Assembly (NCBI GenBank): GCA_053919585.1 | Contig: CM132798.1 | Direction: 5' to 3' (one strand) | Source: Euprymna scolopes | Taxonomy: Eukaryota | Length of the DNA stretch: 64,000 bases | Shown here: positions 53,001-64,000 of the stretch, in pieces | How the letters are laid out: each line of letters starts with the position of its first letter | Numbering within the stretch: the first letter of the stretch is position 1 | Notes under the pieces: generated by a model | What the model was told of the DNA's origin: nothing | What the model saw: the letters and a program-made list of their open reading frames with translations, nothing else | Databases searched by the model: none | Translations under genes and position numbers: made by a program

Positions 53001-53306
53001 GGGCCCGTGGCACAGTGGATAGAAACATTGAGTTTCTACGGTTCCAGGTTAGCATACTTAGAAGATAGCGGTTTCAATTTTAGCCAATGCGGGTCAGAGG
53101 TGAGACAACAACTATGGAAGGCAGTAATTACTGCGAATAAGGTTACAGGACTCAGCATTCCTATCTCGTCACAGTTAACCACCTGAAGAAGACAAGAGAA
53201 TAATTTGGTCGAGACGTGACGAAACAACAACTATGGAGATGAGGATTGCAGTCCACAAAAAAAATGAATGCACAAATTATGAAGCTTCATCTCAAAGGAT
53301 TCCAAA
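53001..53306 (+). mobile_element. SINE-like element: intron-containing pre-tRNA-Arg(TCT)-derived head (53002-53095) plus HHR-like tail
   Basis: Acceptor stem GGCCCGT/GCGGGTC; anticodon arm TTGAG-TT TCT A-[~17 nt]-A-CTTAG; CTGAAGA..GTC GAGAC at 53183-53215; tail gatgagga...tcatctcaaa like the family. Confidence 0.65.
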
Positions 53307-53442
53307 AATAAATAAATAAACAAATAAAAATAATATGTACCAGCAATAGTACACGGAAACTACTATCCATTGCACTTTACTGCACTTAAATACTTCAAAC
53401 TGTTCTGAAATGAAAATAAGACAAAAACATTATTGAATTATA

Positions 53443-53860
53443 TTTAGAATTTGTAATTTAAGAAGACATTACAACGTAGAATTTTTAAATAAATAAAAGT
53501 TTATTTAAAAAAAACACACATTTCCGTTGTATTGTCTTTTTAACCTACAAATTCTAAATCAAATTTACACAGTGCTTACATTAAGAGAAAAAATATATAT
53601 AATTCATTTTCCGCCAAAAGCCATGTGCAATCCTCCTGATTGGAACATTTGAAAAAAAAATCAATGTTTAAGAACATACGAATTTTGATTTTCTAACGAC
53701 AGCATGCCACGAGAAAAGAAGAGGAAATAACACAAACTGATTCCATGCCCGATGAAGGCACATATCGTCGAAACGGAGTTGTTATTAATTTTTAATAAAT
53801 GAATGTTTATTTTTTAAATTCTGTGTTGGATTGACTTCTTACAAATTCATATTAAAATTT
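53443..53860. mobile_element. Penelope-like pLTR fragments (inverted pair plus degenerate HHR)
   Basis: Inverted repeat 53443-53558; CCGATGA-AGGC..GTC-GAAAC at 53749-53774 followed by AATAAA. Confidence 0.5.
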
Positions 53861-54999
53861 TACACAATATTTACATTGTTCTTTTACTCACTTCTCTCTG
53901 TCGTTTCACTTGTTTATATCGACCTGTTCTCTTGCAGGTGTATAACTTCGGCAGCTATAAGGTCAACTACTTGACCTATTCACCTCCAACGACGTCAATT
54001 TTGACAGATCTACACTCATTGGCTGGTTACTTTACCCTGCCGACCGCCTCTGTGTGTGTGTGCGCGTTTGTGTGTGTGTGTGTGTGTGTTTGTGCGTGTG
54101 TGTGTGTGTGTGTGCGTGTGTGTGTGTGTATGCCGTCTAAACACGCAACACAATCTGAAAATGAATTGTGATAATATATTTTCTTTTAATGAAATGTTAA
54201 ACAATTTTTAACAAAATAAAGCAATTCCGATTGTATCCCTCTAAATATTAAGATTATGTTACAATAATATCTATTACATAATTATATATAATAAAAGTTC
54301 AAAATCAATTCTCTCAAGCTATTTTCTCCTGTGTTGGTAGGAATGCTTTCTATTAGCAAACATTTGATTATATTAATCTAGCATTATATGATTGATTCGA
54401 ACATGCAAAGTATAACAAGTCTCCAAGTGAAAGTAATTCACAAGAAAATGTTGCTTTAAATTCATATATAAAACGTATGAAATCATATTCATATTAAATT
54501 CATATATAAAAAGTACAGAATGAAATCATTAAAACACATTTAAAACACACGAACATTTTTAGGCCATGACTGATGTTATCGCCATCATGAGACCCCACCA
54601 CCCACCCCACCCCTTCAACGCAACGGCATCACATCTGGTGCTGTCTCCATTTCCTACTACCCACTACTACTAATACCACTGCTAACTATTTGGCTCCCCC
54701 CTCTCTCTCTATCCGTCTCTCTGTCTCTATATAAATCTTTTAAAAACTTTCCAAGGATGAGATATAGGTAAAATATTTTGGCTTGTTTTCTTTTCCTTAT
54801 AAGGGAAATGGTTTTCATAATGTTTTATTGTTAAAGTGTTTTTATTCAATAAGTCTGACGAAAGGCTGTTTTTGTGAAATTTTTCAAACGACATAATGTT
54901 TGAATTTGTCCGACTAGTCTTAAAACATTTGTAACTAACGATGAAATACACTATTTGGTGCTATCAATCCATTCCTTGATGCCTTGATTTTTGTTAAAG

Positions 55000-55080
<81 letters not shown>

Positions 55081-55770
55081 GTCTTTGAATTTTCTTTAAA
55101 ACCTTTAAAACTATTCTTTTTTAAATATCCTTCGTTTGGAAAATTAATTTTCTGCATCGCTGAATCGTTTTACTTACATGAACAAACAATAGTACCAATG
55201 TTTTTAAAGGGATCATCAGTTGTTTACCATGAAACACTGTTTCGAGGATTTAAAAACAAAACAAATCATAGCTCTCCAACAATGTTAATCAAACACCACC
55301 TCCCTTAAAACACATGAACAAAAAATAGTTTTAATATCTGATCCAAAAGTTAATATGCCTGTTATTTACAAACTACTGTTTTTATATCGTGTTTGGTTGA
55401 ATGCATTCTACTGCTTATCACCCCTTTCTTTGTTATTTGTATTATTTTTATATATTTACATCCTTATTTGCTCGTACAATCTCCATAAGTATTAGTTATT
55501 AAAAATATGTAAGAAATATATATTATTGGCAAGCTAAGGATTCTCAACCAAATGCTGGCTAATAGCAGAGTCTTTGTTATGCCAATAAGTATTAAATAAA
55601 GGGGCTTGAGGTTCTTCATAGAGCGGATTCCAAAAAATGATTTAAAGATTTTAGAATCTGTTTCTATTGTGATGCAAAAAACTTATTTGTGCCAGCAGAA
55701 GGAATCGATAAAAACGTTAAATCTCTTTATGGAACTTTGACCACCTTCCTTCTATTTTTTTATTCTTTCC

Positions 55771-58262
55771 TCACGGTGCCATTTTAATCTCCTTATATTC
55801 GTTTATTCCTTGCTCTTCTTTATCTCTTTCGATTTTATTAGCATCTACCTCAGTTACTATTCTCGGTTTTGATATAACCTTTTCATCGGCTAAATCATTC
55901 CCTAATAATAGTGAAATGCCTTTCTTTGGTAAATTTTCCACAACTCCTACTTCGACCGGACCGCTTACTGTGGTCGAATCGAGGGGGATTCGGTGGAGTG
56001 GGACATCAAGCAAATTTCAACTAATTCCCTGAATGGTGACGGATTCACCGGTTGCTGTTTTCGGTCCGTCCGGCATCTCACTTTTTAAAATCAGAGATTG
56101 GGTTGCCCCCGTATCTCTCAGGATTTTTACTGGTCGTCGATTTTGGTGATTATCTACTGTATGTACCAGACCCTCTGATATAAATGGTTGGTATCCTTTT
56201 CTAATACTATCCTCATTGTCTTTTGTAGAGATCTTGCACGAAGTAATGAAGCCTTGAGGTTTATAATCTATCCCCTTTTTACGTTCGGTATCTTTCTTTA
56301 CCGGGCAGTCCATCATGATGTGTCCTACATTCTTACAGTAGTGGCACGTTATGGGTTTCCACCTGTCGATCAGTTGATAGGTTGGTGGTCGATTTACTTT
56401 CGGGGATGTATTTCTTGGGCTGGGAGGTCGATATACAGTACTTTCTGGACCTGTATTCCAACTAGAGTTCGTAACAGACATTCTCCGAAGGTTTGTGTGA
56501 ATTTCACCCTCGAATGGGTCAATTTTATTTCTACCCGTCTTGTGTGTAAGAGCATACTCGTCGGCTAGAATCGTCATTTCATAGGCTGTAGCGATCTGGC
56601 GTTCGTTCAAAAACACTTTTAGGTCGTCAGGGATACAACATTTAAATTCTTCCGTCAGGATCATCTGCTGGAGTCTATTATAATCGGACTGTGCATGTTT
56701 AGCAGAAATCCACCTATTAAACTGGGTTTCTTTCTGCCGAAAGAATTCCACGTAGGTTTGCCCGTTCTCTTTTCGGTATGACCTAAACTTCTGTCGATAT
56801 GCCTCGGATACCAATTCATACGATTTGAGGATGGCGGATTTTATAACATTATAATTCGAACAATCCTCGGTCGAGAGAGAGGCATACACCTCTTGCGCTC
56901 CCTCTTAATGCGGTCTGTAACAGTATCGGCCAAACTTCTAGAGGCCATTTTGCACTCAGGGCAATCTTTTCAAAATGTTGGAAGTACCCGTCCACATTCG
57001 ATTTGTGGAACGTCGGTACAAGGCGGGCATGTTTGGGGACATCAAACTCCTCCCGTCTTTCTTGGTGGGGTTCGGGCATACCTTCTCACAGAGTTCTTAA
57101 AACTGCTTCGTCGACTAAGAAATTGTCGACGAGACATTGTGTTACTATCCTAACAATGCTCTTCTCATACCTGGCCTAACGTCTAGTTCATAATGTCTAC
57201 CTATTGCTAAGATGCTGTCTTTTCTAAATTTGCATCATTCTTCAAAAGTAGGAGAATCTAGGAATTCTTGTATTCCCGACATGTTGAACTAACTAGTCCT
57301 CGCTACCTCAAATGTGTTCGACTATCCAGGGTGTCTTTAGGGAGGGTATATTCCGGCACAACCCCCCAATTTGTTACGACGTATCCCAGTCCTACTGGGG
57401 ACGGTAGAGATGGGTGACGTAACAAAATATATTGAAAAAATAAAGTTTCCCAGGTTCCTTGATAATGCGTTGTTATGGGAATGGAACAACCGTCTCGAAG
57501 ACAACAATAAAATGAAATGTACTGGACAACGAAATCACATAAGAAATAACGAGGACAAATATCGTCGAAAAATTAACAAACTTTTATTCATATAAAAAAA
57601 TAAATAAAATTCAATTCAAGAAAAGAAAATTAAATATGCCTAACTAAATGAAATGATTTAATGATTCAAATTCTACCTAGAGAAAAATATATCAACAGTT
57701 AATGTTCACATAAAACAAGAAATCGTCTGCTCAATTAGATACAGGTTCTAGGGTAAGAGAGAGATGTTGGAGAAATGAAAGTTTTGGTTGAAAAACTCAC
57801 TGAATGTCCTTTGAAATGTGACCTTTCTTTTGTCTCTTTTTTTTTAATATATATTTCTTTCCTGTAAATTGTTTATATTTGATTACGCGCGCAGGTTAAT
57901 TTCCATATTTTTGTCCTTCGGATTATTTATGTTTCATTATGCGCGTGCGTGTTAATTGCTCCAAGTATTTGTTTCCGAAGCTCATTGAAGCCCTTGATTT
58001 ATAGTAAAAATTTCACTGCTCCATTGATCCTTCCTTCACTGGGTTCATTCTTTTCTTCAGTCAATATTCTAATTTTGACCGCTGATCAAAACAGATCTTT
58101 ACCGTCGCCGCCAACATCGGCTTGTGTCGTTGATATTTACCTCTGCGACACTGCTACCACGCTGCCGTCGCCTTTCGCCGGTTTCACCACCCCGACCTTC
58201 GCTGACTTACGTTTTGTCGCTTTGAAGCGCGAAGCTCCACTGCCTATTGACAACTTTTTCAG

Positions 58263-58322
<60 letters not shown>

Positions 58323-58637
58323 AGTTTATCTCTCTATATATATACAGTTTACTTCTCTCTATCTTTTCTCTCTCCTCTCTTTCTCGTCCATGAGCTTTCT
58401 TTTCTCTTTCCTCTTCCACCCTTCGTTCGCAGTATCTCTGTCTCTTCCTTCTCCTCTTGCTCGCAGGCCTCCTCCTCACCTTTTATTTTTGTTTTGTTTA
58501 CAAAATGTGAACGAGCAGACGAGAATGGATCTTTTTGGCGCCAAAAAATGATACAGTAAATAAAATATACTGAAAATATATCTCCTCTCGGCTAAAGATC
58601 AATAAAATAATAAAGTATACATTTTAATAAATGTATC

Positions 58638-58640
<3 letters not shown>
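55771..58640 (-). mobile_element. Gmr1-like Gypsy retrotransposon 5' part: LTR (58640-57372), tRNA-Pro-like PBS, SCAN-like gag, zinc knuckle, protease
   Basis: LTR TGTGATA...CGTAACA; PBS TGGGGGGTTGTGCCGGAAT; YELVSEAYRQKFR..ILTEEFK..LADEY; CHYCKNVGHIMMDC; ILRDTGATQSLI; LLLGNDL; frameshifts present. Confidence 0.88.
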
Positions 58641-58711
<71 letters not shown>

Positions 58712-58899
58712 GAAAAGAGAAAGTTCAATTCCACAAAGAAGACTTATCCGGATAATGTCAAGTTCAACAATAATTATTGGAGCTTATACAGTAGGACAAT
58801 AAGAGTATGAAATGAGGACGCAAAACTATATATTGATAGATATAGAATGGATCATTTATTGAATAATGGAATACAGGCAAAATTTGGGGGATAGAAGGG

Positions 58900-58949
58900 A
58901 CTCTTTATGCCAGGGCATTTCGAAGCCTAATGCTTCTCATCAGAAGAGT
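58900..58949 (-). ncRNA. Canonical type I hammerhead ribozyme
   Basis: ACUCUU-CUGAUGA-GAAGC.AUUAG.GCUUC-GAAA-UGCC.CU.GGCA-UA|AAGAGU: intact core, three paired stems, AUA triplet. Confidence 0.88.
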
Positions 58950-59132
58950 AGAGAAGGTGCTAGGTAGCATGGGGAAGATGCACCATCTAGCGTAAAGTTC
59001 ATTAGGGATGAAAGAGATTAAGAGGAATTTCTATAATTCCTCTTAATCTCTTTCGTAAGGTTCATTAGGGACGAAATATCCTAAATTGCTCTTTATTTTC
59101 GCCATTAATATTATTTTTCATTGTTATCGTGT

Positions 59133-59173
59133 TTTCTCCCGATTAGATGATAGCCGAAAGAGCTCTAGAGAAA
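59133..59173 (+). ncRNA. Degenerate type I hammerhead motif
   Basis: TTTCTC-CCGATTA-GATGATAGCC-GAAA-GAGCTC-TA-GAGAAA: stem I and palindromic stem III intact, core and stem II decayed. Confidence 0.55.
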
Positions 59174-59799
59174 TTTCCGCTAATGGTCAAATGTGTTTAT
59201 AAATTACGCACCGGCTTATTTTTTTTTTTTTTTTTTAGATTTAAATAAAAAAAAAACATTGATATCGTTACACAATCATGACAATAGTTATGGATAACTA
59301 AAGACCTCATGAGGCGATACCAGTTCTTTCTTTTAAAAGATCAAATCCTTAAAGAAATGCAAGTCAACAGAAAAACGAATGTTATGAAAAATGTTTACAT
59401 GTACGACGATTTTGGCAAAAAAAAAACTTGGAATTCGACAAAAAAGAAATCTGGAAATGGATTTTCTATGCCATTTTGCATATAAAAATGGCCACAGATA
59501 TTTTGTACTTTTTTTAGTGTTGCACATTGTTATCGGTGCTTCATGGCCACAACAGTACGACACACTAATAATGATAATATATGTAAACAAACTAGAAACA
59601 GCGATCAAACTTATAGAACTGTTTATGTAAATATTGACAAGAAGTATAATAGAAACGGGGAAAACATTATAATAGACGTAGGAAAGCAATATGTTTTAAT
59701 TCTTCATTTAGAAAATACAAATAAATCCAATGAATTTTACAAAATAGAGAAACACTATATAGCACGGATTAGACAAAACTTTTTAACAACAAAACTGAT

Positions 59800-59940
59800 A
59801 TTTTCTGATTTTTTTTTTTTTAGATGAGGATGGATAATTTGTATTATTTTTATTGTTTGGATTACTGTTTCTAATCTTGGTTGTTATTCCCACGACGTTT
59901 CGGTCGATGTAACCTCCGACCTTCTTCAGTTGTATCTTCA
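59800..59940 (-). mobile_element. HHR-tailed SINE 3' fragment with intact minimal HHR core
   Basis: CTGAAGA-A-GGTCG.GAGGTTACAT.CGACC-GAAA-CGTC at 59929-59894. Confidence 0.72.
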
Positions 59941-61289
59941 CAATGGATGTTATTTGTGAATAAATTAATAATCCATAACATCCGTTGTGAAGATACACCT
60001 CGGATCAGAGGTTAGATTAATGGAAACGTTATTCGAACTCATACTTGATTTTGTATTTGCAGGTGGTATGTTACAAACTCTTGTATACATAATGTCTATA
60101 AGAGTCCATATAGTCACGAAATATGGTAGACTACTTTTTTTAGCTTTGCTCCATATGGAGTTCATAATTTCTCCTTGTAGGGTTTATTACAATCAAGTCC
60201 AAAATCTTATGCTTTCTTTTTTTATCTCCGATCTCAGAACTTGCTTGCAGAATTGATATCTCATTTGTCGAACACGAAATCCATTAGTTCGTCCTGTGAG
60301 GTATTATTCTCGGCAGCATTTAAATATCGTTTTCCCATCTGGTTCATGTGTCTTTTCTGGATAAACTTGATTTCTTATAAATCATGTTTCACCGCAGTTT
60401 ATCCACTATTCCTGCTTACGCATTGATTTTGAAGTTTCGAAAGAAAACTTCTTTATCAACTTTGAAACGTCCCTTCATTACATGTTTCCATGTCTTAGTT
60501 TCATATGAGTTAGCAACAATCTATCAAACATTGTTTTAATCTTCCTCGCAAACATTGCTTCCGTTGGCGTGAGGAAAGATTCAGCATTCTTATTTAGAGC
60601 TATTCTGTACACCTGCAAAAATTATTGAATGGCCTTTTTCATACGTTTACCCCTTACTTTATTAAGCACTATTTTGTATTTATTCATAAACTGTTCTGCC
60701 TGGTCATTGCATTATGCATAGTACGGTGCGATCATGATGTGCTCCACTAGAGAAAATTTGACAGAATGGTTTGAATTCACGAGACATAAATTACATTTCG
60801 TTGTTTGATGCAATAAGCCGAGGACCTCAAACTGGGCCAATAAATCCTATAAAAATCTTATGATTACTTTTGTAGTTGATTTCTTACATTTCAATATTTC
60901 TGGCTATTTCGAGTAACTGTCCATCACTATTATAGTAATTGATATTAATAGAAACCACCCAGTGTGTCAGCAAAATGTATGTGGGTCCTAGACTATGTTT
61001 ACTCAGTTTTCTGAACTTATTGGAAGTGTCTTCGCTGCCAAAGCACAACCATTGCATAGTTTCACCTCATTTCAATGTATTTGTTCACACTTGTCCAATA
61101 CACATGGCTTCCATTGAGACATTTTATTCACAAAATTATTAGGTGATCAACATGAAATTCTTTTAATATTCTTTTCTGTAATGTCACAGAAATAACTACT
61201 CGGTCGCCATTCATTACTAATTCATTACAGATTGAATACAGTTTTGAGATTTGTGGTTATTTTTATTTTTATTTCATTTTAATGCTTTC

Positions 61290-61975
61290 CCTTTTGTTTC
61301 TTTGAGTATTACGGGAAGTTACCCAATGGCGTTACATAATGTATTTTTACTTCTACCTCAGTTTTTAAGTAGTCACTCACTATGTCTTCAAGAAGTTTAG
61401 TGTATTTTGGAATAAGTCTCGATAATCCGTCAGCATAACTGAATTTTGGCCGATGAGATATAAATGTAATTGAGGGGAATGCTTCCCATCTTTGTAGTCT
61501 GTTTGCAGTATGCTTTGGCAATCCCCCTTTTTTTATTTACCAGTAAATTGTTAGCAGTGGCTTATGGTCAGTTTAAAAAATAAAATGTTTCCCTTGAACA
61601 AAACAATAAAATTTATTGACTGCAAAAATAATATCCAATGCATCTTTTTTGATTTCTGAATAACTTTTTTCTGCAGTTAATATTAATATGCAGGTGATAG
61701 ATTTTTCAGAACCAATATATTTTTTATCGTACGAGCTCGCTCCGGATCTGGTCTTCTACCATCTTTGTCTATAATTTGTTAAGAGATTTTTTCCCCCATT
61801 GAAAAATCGCATTTTCCCTTTGTCAATTTAACTCCATATTCCTGAATTCTCTTACTTTTCGTGTACATGCAATTTTTGTTGCTCACTGATTTATGTTGTT
61901 CCTAATAATCACTAGAATGGCATCTAGGTAGGCTATAACAAATACCAGTCTGCTAAACAATGTGTTCATTACTGA
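61290..61975 (-). mobile_element. Degenerate Gypsy RT/RNase H fragment
   Basis: IAYLDAIL, DIIFAVNKF, TDHKPLL, HTANRLQRW, YADGLSRLI. Confidence 0.75.
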
Positions 61976-62190
61976 TTAATATTATTTGGAATTTTCGAAC
62001 TACTGTTCTCACCTTGAGTGTTACTTGCACAACATTTCAGTCGATGTAATCGTCAACCTTTTTCAGTTGTATCTTGCCAAAATCATGAATCTGCATGAAA
62101 TTTCGACCAGAATCCTTTGTTTAATCCACAAGAATAGCAATAGTAATTTGGGTCGTCCGCATTGAGAATTGATCTTTCAACCTCCAGGAG
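61975..62190 (-). mobile_element. HHR-tailed SINE copy
   Basis: Reverse complement aligns with 62315-62636; CTGAAAA..GACT-GAAAT motif at ~62030-62068. Confidence 0.65.
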
Positions 62191-62314
62191 TGTAACTTTT
62201 ACAACTGAATTTTACCCCGTACTCTATTCACTGCATCATGGGTCCTTGCAAATAATACTAGTACAAATTTAAGAAGTATTAAATCTATTTTGTTTCTAGA
62301 TGTAAATATTACTA

Positions 62315-62636
62315 TTGTCCTGGGGATTGAAGGTTTAATCCTAAGTGCAGATTACCCAAAAATACTATTGCGAATTACTTAGGACTTCTACTCAGTCATG
62401 GCTGATGGAAGAAAAGCATGCTACTCCTGTGGATTAAATAAAGGTTTTCGGTCAAAATTCCATGCGGATTTCCGAGTTCGACATGAAGATTCCCGAGTTT
62501 GAGATGATACATTTGAAGAAGGTCAGAGATTATATCGACCGAAACATTGTGCAAAGAACACACAAGATGAGAACAGTAGTTCGAATAATCCAAATAATAT
62601 AAATAATTAATATTTATCTAAAAAAATTCAGAAACG
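62315..62636 (+). mobile_element. HHR-tailed SINE copy
   Basis: B-box-like GGTTTAATCC; TTGAAGA-AGGTC..GACC-GAAAC at ~62513-62545; ends aaaaattcagaaac. Confidence 0.72.
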
Positions 62637-64000
62637 TAATATCCATTGCTTGGTGAAAAATAGCTGGTGCAATCTATGGTAATCATTCATATTTATACAA
62701 ACATTTATATTGATATTTATACAAAGTAGCTTTGATCACTTCTCATTCCCAGGTATTTGTAGATTACGCAACACTTAACATTTTAAAATATTTTCCTCCA
62801 TTGAGTTTAGTGAAAATATCTTTTGGACTAGATAGCTAATCCTTTAGTACATGGTTCAATCCTGTGATAAAATCTGCACAAATACGGACCTCTTTACTTT
62901 TTTCATAGACTGTAGCTATATTCAACTTTCAATAATATTTAAATTTTCTAAGAGGTCGTTTAATAATGTTCGTAATTAAAAACTCAATGTCAAAGTCTTT
63001 CCATTTAGTGTAACGTTAAACATTAGATCGCCTTTAAATTGTATTTGTTCACTAGTAACTTTTAGCTATTTTACTCGTTCTCGTCAAATTTTCCAATTTT
63101 TTTTTATATTTGAAGATTTATTATTGGCTAATGTGAGATTGAATCACGTTTTAGCTTCATATTTTTATTTAATATTTTTACTTGCATAAAATGTCCTGGT
63201 ATTTTCAGCTTAGATATAAATGTGCATCTCAGCGTGTAGAGGGCAGTTTCACACACACCGAGAGTTCAATCGACATATATGTCAAGCATCAGTGTCTGTG
63301 TTTTGTATAATTTTTCTGCTTGTGGACCCGTGTGTCCCCATCGACGGTCGCCAGTGAGAAAATGACAATATAGTCACAAAATGGTGAAAGATGGAAATTA
63401 AAACCATGGCACACAATGTTTAGGGTCAGCGGCCTGTTGGTGGGGCCACGTGGTGTCACAGTGTTTTTCTGTGTCCGAATAGCAACTGTCTCTATTCTTA
63501 ATCTAGCAAAAGTAGTCTAGTTTTTTGTATTCCTTCCTTGTAAAATTCATGCATTTCTACTTTTGTGGAAAAGAAATTTTTTAAGACAATTTAGTTAATA
63601 ATTTTACCGCTCCAACAAGTTTTTTTTTTTCTTTGGACGGTGAGAGTTGGCAATATATAATTGAAGAATTTGGTATGTTGAACTGTACACAACTTTCTCA
63701 TTGGCAAACGAACATTTTAAAACTAGTTCAATTCGCAATCTGTATTATAGAGATCTTTATACCGTCTAAAATACAAAATATGAAGCAAATATAAGTAAAA
63801 TTATTGATAGCACTCCAAATAGTATCTCTTCTTTTCCTTGCAACGTCTCTTCTTGACGAAGCTTTTCTATTTATATTTTCTTCTTATACTTCATTTGTTT
63901 TATTTCTTTTCTAGTTGGAATTGTTCCTTTTGTTGGTGTTTACTGATGTCCAACATGACACGTTTAAATTCCTCCACTTTCGACCCTTTTTTTTCTTCTA

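Noticed and set aside
53002-53095. Functional tRNA-Arg gene (also the tRNA-Asp-like segment at 12381-12452)
   Set aside because: D and T arms are disrupted; treated as retroelement heads.

Overview
This is AT-rich, gap-containing eukaryotic (invertebrate) genomic DNA. The repeat content suggests a cephalopod mollusc, but that is an inference. I read two host genes directly, both missed by the ORF track. One is a complete 4-exon TMA7 gene (minus strand, 48721-27093, 64 aa, with a GC-AG intron 2). The other is the first coding exon of a calcyphosin-like gene (CAPSL, minus strand, 20206-20070), with an RFX X-box upstream. Nearly everything else is decayed mobile DNA: three mariner relics, a piggyBac interrupted by a Helitron, several non-autonomous Helitrons, many CR1-Zenon-like LINE 3' ends, R4/Dong and RTE fragments, Gypsy LTR pieces (one SCAN-gag Gmr1-like), Penelope-like remnants, MITEs, MetaSINE-like copies, a 5S-rRNA-headed SINE, and micro/minisatellites. 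The most striking unexplained signal is about 13 hammerhead-ribozyme (HHR) motifs. They include one fully canonical type I HHR (58900-58949, minus), a 284-nt tandem unit combining a tRNA-Asp-like Pol III promoter with an HHR that looks like a retrozyme (12070-12515), and a family of SINE-like elements with a Penelope-type HHR tail, one copy of which has an intron-containing pre-tRNA-Arg head.
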